Shown here piece by piece: positions 23,110-36,295 of a DNA stretch of 64,000 bases. How positions within the stretch are numbered: the first letter of the stretch is position 1; every line of letters begins with the position of its first letter. Source of the stretch: Macrostomum lignano (lineage: Eukaryota); the NCBI GenBank assembly GCA_002269645.1, contig NIVC01000023.1:372001-436000 (forward strand), given 5' to 3'. Below the pieces are notes generated by a model that was not told the DNA's origin, searched no databases, and saw only the letters and a program-made list of their open reading frames with translations. The position numbers and the translations under genes were made by a program.

Positions 23110-24290
23110 AGTTACTCTTATTGCCCTTTTCCACTTTTACCCATTTTCTCTCCCGCCTTTCCCCCTCTTTCTCCTCTCCCCTCTTTTCCCCTCTCCCCTC
23201 TTTCATCCCCCTCTTTTCCCTCTTTCCCCTCTTTTTCACTCTCCCCTCTTTTCCCTCCCCCTCTTCCCCTCTTTCCGCTCTTCCCCTCTGTCCCCTCTTT
23301 CCCCCTGTTCCCTCTTCCCCCTTTTCCCCTCTTCCTCTTTTCCCCTGTTCCCCTGTTCCCCTCTTTCCCCTCTTCCCCTCTGTCCCCTCTTTCCCCCTTT
23401 TCCCCTCTTTCCCCTCTTCCCCTCTGTCCCCTCTTTTCCCCTGTTCCCCTGTTCCCCTCTTTCCCCTCTGTCCCCTCTTTCCCCCTTTTCCCCTCTTTCC
23501 GCTCTTCCCCTCTGTCCCCTCTTTTCCCCTGTTCCCCTCTTTCCCCTCTTCCCCTCTGTCCCCTCTTTCCCCCTTTTCCCCTCTTTCCCCTCTTCCCCTC
23601 TGTCCCCTCTTTCCCCCTGTTCCCTCTTCCCCCTTTTCCCCTCTTCCTCTTTTCCCCTGTTCCCCTCTTTCCCCTCTTCCCCTCTGTCCCCTCTTTCCCC
23701 CCTTTTTCCCTCTTTTCCCTCTTCCCCTCTGTCCCCTCTTTTCCCCTGTTCCCCTCTTCCCCTCTTCCCCTCTTCCCCCTTTTCCCCTCTTTCCGCTCTT
23801 CCCCTCTGTCCCCTCTTTTCCCCTGTTCCCCTGTTCCCCTCTTTCCCCTCTTCCCCTCTGTCCCCTCTTTCCCCCTTTTCCCCTCTTTCCCCTCTTCCCC
23901 TCTGTCCCCTCTTTTCCCCTGTTCCCCTGTTCCCCTCTTTCCCCTCTGTCCCCTCTTTCCCCCTTTTCCCCTCTTTCCGCTCTTCCCCTCTGTCCCCTCT
24001 TTTCCCCTGTTCCCCTGTTCCCCTCTTTCCCCTCTTCCCCTCTGTCCCCTTTTTCCCCCTTTTCCCCTCTTTCCCCTCTTCCCCTCTGTCCCCTCTTTCC
24101 CCCTTTTCCCCTCTTTCCGCTCTTCCCCTCTGTCCCCTCTTTCCCCCTTTTCCCCTCTTTCCGCTCTTCCCCTCTGTCCCCTCTTTTCCCCTGTTCCCCT
24201 GTTCCCCTCTTTCCCCTCTTCCCCTCTTCCCCTCTTCCCCCTTTTCCTCTCTTTCCGCTCTTCCCCTCTTTTCCTCCTTTCCTTTTTCCC
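23110..24290. repeat. ~1.2-kb polypyrimidine/polypurine repeat (TTCCCCTC/TGTCCCCTC variants)
   Basis: Almost only C/T on the + strand; source of the 438-aa and 414-aa artefact ORFs. Confidence 0.97.
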
Positions 24291-25074
24291 TTGATCATCC
24301 TTATTTCTAAAGGAATTCCTTTCTTCTCTCGTGGCTATTAAGATGATCGATTTTTATTATTGACTTTTTATAATAAAATCAATTTGTTTAGTATCTCTTG
24401 ATCATAAAACACTCAGTGATGCAATAATATAGCCCAACTTCGCGTGCTTGCATGTAAACGGAGGATGATTTGTGGCGTGTAAAATTTTTGACCTATCAAC
24501 TATATTTTATCATTTTTTTATTGTATTGAGATGCATACATTTGTGTAAGTATTATTGTAACAATATGCTTTTCAATGAGCTCAGTTTCACAATAAAATGT
24601 ATCAATAATGAGTTAACAGTACAAAGTTCTGTAACGGAAATTGTCTTGAAAAGTGCATTGCTAATGTTCTTTTCGTAAACCCAGCCGTCGTTAAAATCTA
24701 AAAAACATCGGATATCCTATGCGTCAGAAATAAATTAATAAACAAACACCTACACGTATTGTTTATTAGACAATTTTGTAATAATTTGAGTGTAATAATA
24801 CAGTTGGTTTCCTGAACTTTTTTTAGCTAATAGTTTGTAACTTTAATTAGTAAGTTTTATTATCTAAAAGTTTTGTTACTTCAGTTTTATTGCATGTTTT
24901 AATCTATGTTATATCCACTGTGCTCACAGCTGCTCCGTGTGCTGCAAATATTACAATATAACGACTTGTATTCGTTACAATTCTCTCTAATAATACTACT
25001 GGCGCCTTTCACTCAGTAGTATGATTAATAACCCACTACATTTTTGGGGAGTACAGCGAGCGGCAATATTGTGT

Positions 25075-25095
25075 CTGTCGGTCTGTCTGTCTGTC

Positions 25096-25130
<35 letters not shown>

Positions 25131-25177
25131 GACTGTGTGTCTGTCTGTCTGTCTGTCTGCCTGTCTGTCTGTCTGAC

Positions 25178-25212
<35 letters not shown>

Positions 25213-25275
25213 GTGTCTGTCTGTCTGTCTGTATGTCTGTCTGACTGTCTGCCTGTCTGTCTGTCTGCCTGCCTA

Positions 25276-25308
<33 letters not shown>

Positions 25309-25440
25309 GACTGTCTGTCTGCCTGTCTGTCTGTCTGTCTGTCTGTCTATCTGTCTGTCTGTCTTTCTGTTTATCTGTCTGTCTCTCTGCCTGCCTATGT
25401 CTGTCTGTCTTAGTGTCTGTTTGTTTTTCTGTCTGTGTGT
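25075..25440. repeat. (CTGT)n microsatellite
   Basis: Imperfect tetranucleotide run. Confidence 0.95.
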
Positions 25441-25924
25441 GTGTATGTTTCGTTGATCTTCCGAAAGAACCCCAGTTGATTCAGTTGAATGTTTATTTCA
25501 TCTACTATTCTCAACAGTTTTGGCTTACCAGCCGTATTCACATAGTAAAAAGATCTCCCCGAAAAATGCAGAGAAGGCATGCAGTGTTTATATATCAAAT
25601 AGTATTTTATATTACATTCTGCAATTTGCGTCTAATTCCATGCAAACCTGATGCTGTTAAGCTACTGTAAGTAGTAACAAAACCAGTTTTTTTAAATGAT
25701 TTTTTGTAAAACGAAATTGAATGCATGATTTTGCTTGTTTGTTTTTCAACTACCAATCTGTTTATTTATTAAATGTATATCATAAATAAAAGCTTGTTTC
25801 AGAATTTACCGCCACTATATGTTGGCTTTTGCCTGGTGTAGCTTAATTTTAACCTGACTTCTTCACGCTCAAGAACTTAATCAAGTTTTTTATTTACTTG
25901 TCTTTTCATTGAAATTACATTTCC

Positions 25925-26655
25925 AGATCTCAGTTGCTGGGTCACCAGCTGCCCAGATCCTCAGTTGCTGGGCCAGCCTCCCAGATCCTCAGTTGCTGGG
26001 CCAGCCTCCCAGATCCTCAGTTGCTGGGCCAGCCTCCCAGATCCTCAGTTGCTGGGCCAGCCTCCCAGATCTTCAGTTGCTGGGCCAGCCTCCCAGATCC
26101 TCAGTTGCTGGGCCACCAGCCTCTCAGATCCTCAGTTGCTGGGCCAGCCTCCCAGATCCTCAGTTGCTGGGCCAGCCTCCCAGATCCTCAGTTGCTGGGC
26201 CACCAACCTCTCAGATTCTCAGTTGCTGGGCCAGCCTCCCAGATCCTCAGTTGCTGGGCCACCAGCCTCTCAGATCCTCAGTTGCTGGGCCAGCCTCCAG
26301 ATCCTCAGTTGCTGGGCCAGCCTCCCATATCCTCAGTTGCTGGGCCAGCCTCCCAGATCCTCAGTTGCTGGGCCAGCCTCCCAGATCCTCAGTTGCTGGG
26401 CCACCAACCTCTCAGATCCTCAGTTGCTGGGCCACCAACCTCTCAGATCCTCAGTTGCTGAGCCAGCCTCCCAGATCCTCAGTTGCTGGGCCATCAGCCT
26501 CCCAGATCCTCAGTTGCTGGGCCAGCCTCCCAGATCCTCAGTTGCTGAGCCAGCCTCCCAGATCCTCAGTTGCTGGGCCATCAGCCTCCCAGATCCTCAG
26601 TTGCTGGGCCATCAGCCTCCCAGATCCTCAGTTTCTGGGCCACCAGCCTCCCTCT
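25925..26655. repeat. 28/31-bp minisatellite CCCAGATCCTCAGTTGCTGGGCCA(CCA)GCCT
   Basis: About 25 copies; open in all three + frames, so the ORFs are artefacts. Confidence 0.95.
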
Positions 26656-27647
26656 TAGCAGGCCAGAGCTCAGATAAAGAATTTGACGCGGAATTCCTTT
26701 TGGCACACAGCACAGTCGGAGCAGGTGAACCCAGCTCCAAATCTCTCTTATCTCTGTACTCGTACTTTATTCATCTGGAATAGCGAAATGAGCCGAGCCA
26801 GGAAGCCATATAAATTAATTAGTATTGATTGCTTAGCTGAATAAGGCCACGGCTTTGGGAGAAGGGAGAAGGGCGGATCAGGGTTTGTTGGGGGCCGATG
26901 GGGGTCTGATTGTAGCATCTGCAGAGACTAGTTGTTGTCTGCCCAGCAACTGCAGCCAGTATTTCATAGTTGGGAGTCTCAAATTCCCTGTCTCTCTCTC
27001 CACGCTATGCTCTAGCTTTGGGGGGGGGTGTACTCACTCACTCGCTCGCATGTACTCTTCTCAGTCTCTGCCCTCCTCTCTGCCGGCAAATTTTATGCTG
27101 GCTATTTAATATCAAATATAATCTATAGCTGGGATCTGTGTATTAGATATCTATAGCTGTAGCCGGGGTATAATTCAGCATCATCATATCTAAGACTCCG
27201 ATTGGCTAGTTGCTAGGGGGGGGGGTTGGTTGGGGACGAACTAGGGAGAAAAAAGAGCTCGTTCTTTGCAGCATCCCTGGAGTGCCATCCCAAATTTTCT
27301 TCTCTCCCTTCTACTGTAGGGGAGTAGAAGTACACTTCCCAGCTGCTCCCATCTCTCCCCAAGCCGCTATGCAGTGCATGAGACAGGCAGGCAGACATGC
27401 TGGGATAGCTGAGCTAGGGGAAGTCTGAAAGAGCTGATGAGGGGAACAGAGGGACCAGGGGTAGAGAACAGAGGAGGAGAAAGGACTGGTGGGTACGCGG
27501 ATGAAATAGGTCCAGTTTTTAAAAGCAGACTTCTCACACCCCCCCCCCCTCTTATGCTGTCGACGCATTTTGGCGATCCAAGCTGTTGCTTCTAAAGGCA
27601 GAGTTTTTGGCTTCTATAGCTGCTATTGAGCTTTGACTGATTAAAAA

Positions 27648-30600
27648 ATGCAGCCCTGGGCCGCCGTTGTGATCTCACTGCTCACTGTGATTGTGATTGC
27701 CCTGCTGGCCTACATCATCTTGAGGATATTTTTCCCTAACCAGCTGGAGACTCTGTTCGCTATAGGAGAGGAGCGCCTCTCCCTGACTAAATCCGACAGC
27801 CGGGCCAACTACTATGCTGCGGTGAGCTGGGGTCTGTGTAGCTGCCTCATCTGTCCATGTGCCGATCTGTCTTCATGGCTGCGCATCTATCCACCTCATC
27901 CAGCCATCCATCTACCCATCCACCCATCCATTCCCCCATCCACCCATCCATCCTTCCACCCACCCACCCATCCATCCATCCATCCATCCCCCACCCATCC
28001 ATTCCCCCATCCACCCATCCATCCTTCCACCCACCCACCCATCCATCCATCCATCCATCCCCCACCCATCCATCCACCCATCCATCCATCCATCCCCCAT
28101 CCATCCATCCACCCATCCATCCATCCACCCGCCCATCCATCCCCCACCCATCCACCCATCCATCCACCCGCCCATCCATCCACCCGCCCATCCATCCACC
28201 CGCCCATCCATCCCCCACCCATCCATCCACCCATCCATCCATCCACCCGCCCATCCATCCCCCACCCATCCATCCACCCATCCATCCATCCACCCGCCCA
28301 TCCATCCCCCACCCATCCATCCATCCACCCGCCCATCCATTCCCCACCCATCCATCCATCCATCCACCCGCCCATCCATCCATCCATCCATCCATCCACC
28401 CGCCCATCCATCCCCCACCCATCCATCCATCTATCCACCCGCCCATCCATCCATCCATCCATCCATCCATCCACCCGCCCATCCATCCATCCATCCATCC
28501 ATCCATCCCCACCCATCCATTCACCCATCCATCCATCCACCCGCCCATCCATCCCCCACCCATCCATCCACCCGCCCATCCATCCCCCACCCATCCATCC
28601 ACCCATCCATTCACCCGTCCACCCATCCCCCACCCATCCACCCATCCATTCAACCACCCATCCATTCAACCATCCATCCACCCGCCCATCCATCCCCCAC
28701 CCATCCATCCATCCTCCCATCCATCCACCCGTCCATCCATCCACCCGCCCATCCATCCCCCACCCATCCATCCACCCGCCCATCCATCCCCCACCCATCC
28801 ATCCACCCATCCATTCACCCGTCCACCCATCCCCCACCCATCCACCCATCCATTCAACCACCCATCCATTCAACCATCCATCCACCCGCCCATCCATCCC
28901 CCACCCATCCATCCATCCACCCATCCATTCACCCATCCACCCATCGATCCATCCATCCATACATGCATACGTTTAGCCGATCTACCGAACAATATTTTCA
29001 TCTAATAATCCTAATTAGCAAGTGCTATTATCCCCAGCATCCAAACTGCATCATACCGTAATCATATTTCCCAAGTGCCAATTCGAGCAGTGCAAATTCA
29101 GTGGAGTGCCGGCTTTAGCGACACTCCAGAGCCGCAGGGAGAGTGCAGAGGCAGCGACATTCACCCTCTCCCCCATCAGCTGTCACTGCTGTCAGGATGC
29201 CGTCTAGCCCTGGAGCCTCTGTAATTTGATTTCCAATCCCACTTCCCTCTCGCACTGCCTGCTGCTAGAGGCCTTGCATATGAGAGAAAGTGACAGCCAG
29301 TCCCGCATGGCTGAGTGACCCTCCTGACGGCTGGCATTCAGAGTCCTTGGGGCTGCACAACACGATGGGGCTCCTAGGCCTAGGGAGAGTTTCTGCGTGC
29401 GTGACTCTTCGCACTTTTTTGTGTCCCTTGACAGTCAGTGCAGTGCAACAACTCATAGCTGCCGCCTTAGTTCCTGTCTCTCCTCTTCATCTGACATCTC
29501 GCTGCGGGGGTTCTACATGTATTAGGGGGGAAAGTTGGCGCCCCCTTGAAGGCGCCATTTCATTCAAGTAGCGCCAGCACCGTGAGGCGCCAGCATTAGA
29601 GGCGCTAGCACCATGAGGCGCCAGCACCATGAGGCGCTGTATAGATGTACTTTTGTCTTGTTTACTGTCGCCATTTCAAGGATGGGAGTCGGGACGCCAA
29701 TGCTGCATATCAACATGGGTTTGGGCGGCCCCTGAACCCTTACCTGGATGCACCCCATGCGAGTAGTCTATCCGCGACTATTTAAACTCATGCAGTGGCC
29801 ATCAGTCAAGACCTATAGGTGATGGTGTCTGACAGGTTGGCTATAGCCCTTGTCAGTCAAATGGAGGAAAATCTTGATTCCAGAGCTATGTATAAGTCTA
29901 CTGAGAATAGACTGTGATTATGACGAACTTTGCTGAATGACTAATAATTATCAGCGCTTTGGATTTTTCAGCGTGTCATATGGAGACAGTATAGTAAAGT
30001 CGATATAGTATTAACTTTCATTTTTTTCAATCTAGAGTTATAAAATGACCAGATTACCAGACTAGAGTCATACAATGACCAGATTTTCACTTAAGAGTGA
30101 TACAATGAGCAGATTTTCAATCTAGATTCAAACAAAGAATAAATTTCTAATCTAGAGTCATGCATGCAGAATGACCAGAGGTTTCAAATTTAAAGTCATG
30201 CAATGACCAGATTTTCTATATCCAATCATTAAATGATGAGATTTCTAGTATTACCAAGTTTTTTAATTAGAAATCACTATCTAAAGTGAAACTCCTCATC
30301 TTTTAATCCTTGGAGCAGCAGCACCCGGAGACGGGCGCTCAGGTGGCGCAGACGGCGCCAATCGGGCGCCAGGGCGCCTCTGCCGGTGGCAGCTTCTCGC
30401 GGCGCGAATTCCGAGACGATGCCGTTGAGGACAGCGACACCGGGCCAGGGCGTCACAGCCCCGGAGACACCACCGGTAAGTCATTCGGGACCTGGGATGA
30501 GGGTCACATGCGGCAGAATTTAGTGTCAGCAATGGCGCCAAATTGAATTTCAAAAGTGGCGCCAAACTGGATGTCAGCTATGGTGTTAAATTAAATCTCA

Positions 30601-33600
30601 ACAATGGCGCCGAATTAAATGCCAAAAATGGCGCCAAAATGAATGTCAATAAAAGCGCCGTACTATCCAAACCGTTTTCTTTTGTTAGAGTGTCAGTAAG
30701 GGTTAAAGCGCCAAGGGAGGCAGAGACGCAGTAGAGAGATAATGAGGGATGCGCCAAAAATCGAGTGGCGCCAAAAGACGTGTGTCAGAGTGGCGCCAAA
30801 AGACGTCTGTCAGAGTGGCGCCAAAAGATGACTGTCAGAGTGGCGCCAAAAGACGATTGTCAGAGTGGCGCCAAAAGACGACAGTCAGAGTGGCGCCAAA
30901 AGACGACTGGCAGAGTGGGACAAAAGACGACTGTCAGAGTGGCGCCAAAAGACGTGTGTCAGAGTGGCGCCAAAAGACGTCTGTCAGAGTGGCGCCAAAA
31001 GATGACTGTCAGAGTGGCGCCAAAAGACGATTGTCAGAGTGGCGCCAAAAGACGACAGTCAGAGTGGCGCCAAAAGACGACTGGCAGAGTGGGACAAAAG
31101 ACGACTGTCAGAGTGGCGCCAAAAGACGTGTGTCAGAGTGGCGCCAAAAGAGGTGTGTCAGAGTGGGACAAAAGACGTGTGTCAGAGTGGCGCCAAAAGA
31201 CGTGTGTCAGAGTGGCGCCAAAAGACGTGTGTCAGAGTGGTGCCAAAAGACGATTGTCAGATTGGCGCCAAAAGACGACTGTCAGAGTGGGACAAAAAAG
31301 ACGACTGTCAGAGTGGCGCCAAAAGACGATTGTCAGAGTGGCGCCAAAAGACGTGTGTCAGAGTGGCGCCAAAAGACGTGTGTCAGAGTGGCGCCAAAAG
31401 ACGTGTGTCAGAGTGGCGCCAAAAGACGATTGTCAGAGTGGCGCCTAAAAGACGACTGTCAGAGTGGGACAAAAAAGACGACTGTCAGAGTGGCGCCAAA
31501 AGACGATTGTCAGAGTGGCGCCAAAAGACTTGTGTCAGAGTGGCGCCAAAAGACGACTGTCAGAGTGGCGCCAAAAGACGACTGTGATCAACTTATTAAA
31601 CAGCAATAAAAAGATTCGTTCGCCCTCCGTTCATGCGCCCGCAGGCTCCGAGTACGAGCCCGGACACAACCTTCCCCGCGTTGGCTCGGCCGAGTCGCTG
31701 GCCTCGGACACATCCGTGATGGACATGCAGCCGGACGTGTCGCCAATCGGTCAGGTGGAGATCGGGCTTGAGTACGACAGGGACGTCTCCGAGCTGGTGG
31801 TGTCGCTCATCCAGGGTCGGGATCTGGCCTCCAGCGACGCCACCGGAGTCTGCGACATGGACTTCTTCGCCAGCCTGGCCGTAGTGCCCGACGTGGCCAA
31901 CATGAAGTCCCAAACTAAGGTGAGCGGCTCTTGACGAAAACTACGAGCCGTAAATAGATCATTAGAATCTAGATCTATAAATCAGATAGATCATTAGATC
32001 ATTAGAGTCTAGATCTATAAACCAGATAGATCATTAGATCATTAGAATCTAGATCTATAAACCAGATAGATCATTAGAATCTAGATCTATAAACCAGATA
32101 GATCATTAGAATCTAGATCTATAAACCAGATAGATCATTAGATCATTAGAATCTAGATCTATAAACTAGATGGATCATTAGAATCTAGATCTATAAACCA
32201 GATAGATCATTAGAATCTAGATCTATAAACCAGATAGATCATTAGATCATTAGAATCTAGATCTATAAACCAGATAGATCATTAGATCATTAGAATCTAG
32301 ATCTATAAACCAGATAGATCATTAGATCATTAGAATCTAGATCTATAAACCAGATAGATCATTAGATCATTAGAATCTAGATCTATAAACCAGATAGATC
32401 ATTAGATCATTAGAATCTAGATCTATAAACTAGATAGATCATTAGAATCTAGATCTATAAACCAGATAAATCATTAGATCATTAGAATCTAGATCTATAA
32501 ACTAGATGGATCATTAGAATCTAGATCTATAAACCAGATAGATCATTAGATCATTAGAATCTAGATCTATAAACCAGATAGATCATTAGATCATTAGAAT
32601 CTAGATCTATAAACCAGATAGATCATTAGATCATTAGAATCTAGATCTATAAACCAGATAGATCATTAGATCATTAGAATCTAGATCTATAAACCAGATA
32701 GATCATTAGATCATTAGAATCTAGATCTATAAACCAGATAGATCATTAGATCATTAGAATCTAGATCTATAAACCAGATAGATCATTAGATCATTAGAAT
32801 CTAGATCTATAAACTAGATAGATCATTAGAATCTAGATCTATAAACCAGATAAATCATTAGATCATTAGAATCTAGATCTATAAACTAGACTATCTTCAG
32901 GAGATCGATCTTTGGGACCTAGGTCCATAGAAAACTAGACTAGACGGATTGTTAAAATCCAGTTCTACGAAAACGCATGAGGATTGATGGTGCTACAATC
33001 TGCATAGGACAGGTATAATGTTGTATGGGACAGGTTATAACCAATGTGTGAACATATCCTCAACATCGCAGGTTGTCAAGCGGAACCCCAATCCCGTATT
33101 CAAAGAGCGGTTCCTGTACAGCCTGGAGCCGCACCAGCTGGCCCAGAAGTCGCTGCAGCTGCAGATGTTCAGCGTTGACAAGTACGCCAGGCAGAAGCAC
33201 ATCGGCGAGACTGAAATCAGGCTCGCTGACGTGGATCTGCAGCGACCGCTTCGTCTATGGCTCAACCTGCGCGAACTCGACCAGGTGAGCAGCTGTTTCT
33301 TTAACTGCTACCCCAACCCCAACCCCAATGACCCAATAAAAATATCAAAACAGCCGCGTGCTTTCGATCTCAACATTGCAGAAACCGTCAGACTTTGGCG
33401 AGCTGATGTTCTCTCTCAGCTACCTGCCAACTGCCGAACGACTCACCGTGGTCATTGTGAAGGCAAAGAACTTGAAGTGGCCTCGCCAAGATCAGTCGGT
33501 TGGCGGTGAGTGTGTAACACGCGGTATTTGGCAGCACCACAAACACGAAGGCCCCGTGAGGCAGTGATCGCTTTATTTATGCAAGTTGAAGTTAAGCCTG

Positions 33601-34941
33601 CGATGTACATAGAGAGCGAACGTACATTAAATCAATACGATGATTCAGCTAATTATTTGTCACGATTGCTAACAGTTCAGACTGCCTCTAAGGCAAGGAA
33701 TAAAATATTACAAGTGGAGGGAGGCAGATTAACTCGATAAAATTTATTTCCAAAGATCGCAATCCCTTTGATGTGCCACGCCCTGCAGTGATTCCCCTCC
33801 AATTCCTTTGATGTACCGCCGCCCTCTAGAGATTCCCTCCAATCCTTTTGATGTACCGCCGCCCTCCAGAGATTCCCCTCCAATCCCTTTGATGTACCGC
33901 CGCCCTCCAGAGATTCCCCTCCAATCCCTTCGATATGCCACCGACCTCCAGAGATTCTCAACCCCCAATCCCTTTGATGTACCGCTGCCCTCCAGAGATT
34001 CCCCTCCAATCCCTTTGATGTACCGCTGCCCTCCAGAGATTCCCCTCCAATCCCTTTGATGTACCGCTGCCCTCCAGAGATTCCCCTCCAATCCCTTTGA
34101 TGTGCCGCCCTTAACCTCGTCAGGCGGACAAGCATTTGGCACTCAATACCCATTGCAGACGTGCTGGTAAAAGTGCATCTGCTGCAGGGCGGCAAGCGGG
34201 TAGCCAAAAAGAAGACATCGGTAAAGCGCAGCGAAAGCCAGCCCACCTACAACGAGGCGATGATATTTAGTGTGTCACAGGCCTCTCTGTCGGTGAGAAC
34301 TGTTTTACAATTACATGTTTATTTGCTCCAATTAGCCTTAAAATTACCATTTAAATAGCCAAATTATATACCATAATCAGCTCGATTACACTAGCTAAGC
34401 GGCTTTAGAGTTTATAAAATATAAATTGTCTGCAAATTGGACCAGACTTGAGACAGCGCACTGCACAATTGATTTATGGGTTATTATGCTGAAATAATTT
34501 TATAGGGAGACAGAGGGAGAGACAGAGGTAGAGACATGGAGAAACATAGGGAGAGACGGAGGGAGAGACGGAGGGAGAGACGGAGGGAGAGACGGAGGGA
34601 GAGACAATGAGAGACATGGAGAGACAGAGGGAGAGGCAATGCGAGACAGAGGGAGAGGCAGTGCGAGACAGAGGGAGAGACAGAGGGATAGACAGAGGGA
34701 GAGACAATGAGAGACGGAGGGAGAGACGGAGGGAGACAGTACCTTCTACTCTCTCTTTCATCTCCAGTCCGTCCAGCTCCGCCTAACCGTGGCCGAATTG
34801 CGCAGCGACGGCCGGCTCAGCAGCATCGGTCACGTGATAATCGGCTCGCAGGCTGGCGGAGCCGAGCTGACGCACTGGCAGCAGATGGTCACCTCGCTGC
34901 GCAAACCCGTTGCCATGTGGCATCATTTGCGGAAGAAATGA
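27648..34941 (+). CDS. SYT12: Synaptotagmin-12-like; exons 27648-27821, ~30319-30475, 31645-31919, 33072-33284, 33382-33505, 34159-34292, 34768-34941 (~416 aa)
   Basis: N-terminal TM helix ([21 protein letters not shown]); C2[17 protein letters not shown]; C2[67 protein letters not shown], recalling SYT12. All phases consistent; exon-2 acceptor ambiguous (tandem AGs at 30315/30318/30321). Confidence 0.85.
27890..28960. repeat. (CCAT)n/(CCAC)n compound microsatellite
   Basis: Fills SYT12-like intron 1; source of HPSI/MDGW pseudo-ORFs. Confidence 0.97.
30760..31585. repeat. 25-bp minisatellite GTCAGAGTGGCGCCAAAAGACG(A/T)(C/G/T)T
   Basis: More than 30 copies in SYT12-like intron 2. Confidence 0.96.
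31955..32890. repeat. 32/40-bp minisatellite TAGAATCTAGATCTATAAACCAGATAGATCAT(TAGATCAT)
   Basis: Fills SYT12-like intron 3. Confidence 0.96.
33770..34105. repeat. 41-bp minisatellite CCCTTTGATGTACCGCCGCCCTCCAGAGATTCCCCTCCAAT
   Basis: About 8 copies in SYT12-like intron 5. Confidence 0.93.
34505..34740. repeat. Purine-rich ~12-bp repeat (GAGGGAGAGAC(G/A))n
   Basis: SYT12-like intron 6, ends ~25 nt before the acceptor. Confidence 0.9.
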
Positions 34942-35254
34942 ATTCTAAGAAACAGCTATTTAGGCTGAGTGAGGATGGCTGGATTACCCCCATCTTATCG
35001 ATCTGAGTATGCGTGAGCACGAGCAGAAAAAAGCAGATAGTGAATTCGATTAAACATGAGTAAGCTCGTCTCTTGTCTTTTCTTACACGAATGTTTCTGT
35101 TCTGGTCTGTTAATATGCTGCTCGCGTGTGTTGTTATGACCTGATATTTATGATTCATGTTTATATACTGTTTGGATCTGTAATGTTCTGTTCTGATCTT
35201 TTATACACTTTTCTGTTTTCATTGTACTTATTTTGTATTTTTGTTGTGCTCCAG

Positions 35255-36295
35255 TCTGTAATGTACTGTTCCAGTCTGTAATGTACTGATCCAGTCTTTA
35301 ATGTGTACTGTTCCAGTCTGTAATGTACTGATCCAGTCTTTAATGTGTACTGTTCCAGTCTGTAATGTACTGATCCAATCTGTAATGTACTGATCCAGTC
35401 TGTAATGTACTGATCCGATCTGTAATGTGTACTGTTCCTGTCTGTAATGTCTACTGTTCCAGTCTGTAATGTGTACTGTTCCTGTCTGTAATGTACTGAT
35501 CCAGTCTTTAATGTGTACTGTTCCAGTCTGTAATGTACTGATCCAATCTGTAATGTACTGATCCAGTCTGTAATGTACTGATCCGATCTGTAATGTGTAC
35601 TGTTCCTGTCTGTTATGTCTACTGTTCCAGTCTGTAATGTGTACTGTTCCAGTCTGTAATGTACTGATCCAATCTGTAATGTACTGATCCAGTCTGTAAT
35701 GTACTGTTCCAGTCTGTAATGTGTACTGTTCCTGTCTGTAATGTCTACTGTTCCAGTCTGTAATGTGTACTGTTCCAGTCTGTAATGTACTGTTCCAGTC
35801 TGTAATGTGTACTATTTCAGTCTGTAATGTGCACTGTTCCAGTCTGTAATGTACTGTTTCAGTCTGTAATTTTTACTATTCCAGTCTGTAATGTGTACTG
35901 TTCCAGTCTGTAATGTGTACTGTTCCAGTCTGTAATGTTTACTGTTCCAGTCTGTAATGTGTACTGTTCCAGTCTGTAATGTGTACTGTTCCAGTCTGTA
36001 ATGTGTACTGTTCCAGTCTGTAATGTGTACTATTTCAGTCTGTAATGTGCACTGTTCCAGTCTGTAATGTACTGTTTCAGTCTGTAATTTGTACTATTCC
36101 AGTCTGTAATGTGTACTGTTTCAGTCTGTAATGTGTACTGTTCCAGTCTGTAATGTGTACTGTTCCAGTCTGTAATGTGTACTGTTCCAGTCTGTAATGT
36201 GTACTGTTCCAGTCTGTAATGTACTGTTCCAGTCTGTAATGTACTGATCCAATCTGTAATGTACTGATCCAGTCTGTAATGTACTGATCCAGCCT
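35255..36295. repeat. 20/22-bp minisatellite CTGTTCCAGTCTGTAATGT(GT)A
   Basis: About 48 copies downstream of the SYT12-like stop. Confidence 0.96.

Noticed and set aside
22982-24341. 438-aa Gly/Arg/Lys collagen-like ORF and 414-aa Pro/Phe/Leu ORF
   Set aside because: Both are translations of a C/T simple repeat open on both strands; no signal peptide, Gly-X-Pro or splice context.
27847-29061. Long His/Pro-rich and MDGW-rich ORFs
   Set aside because: (CCAT)n intron. Only 27648-27821 is a real exon, ending at a GTGAGC donor.
29083-29207. Extra SYT12-like exon
   Set aside because: No convincing donor, and exon 1 joins the 30319 exon in frame without it.
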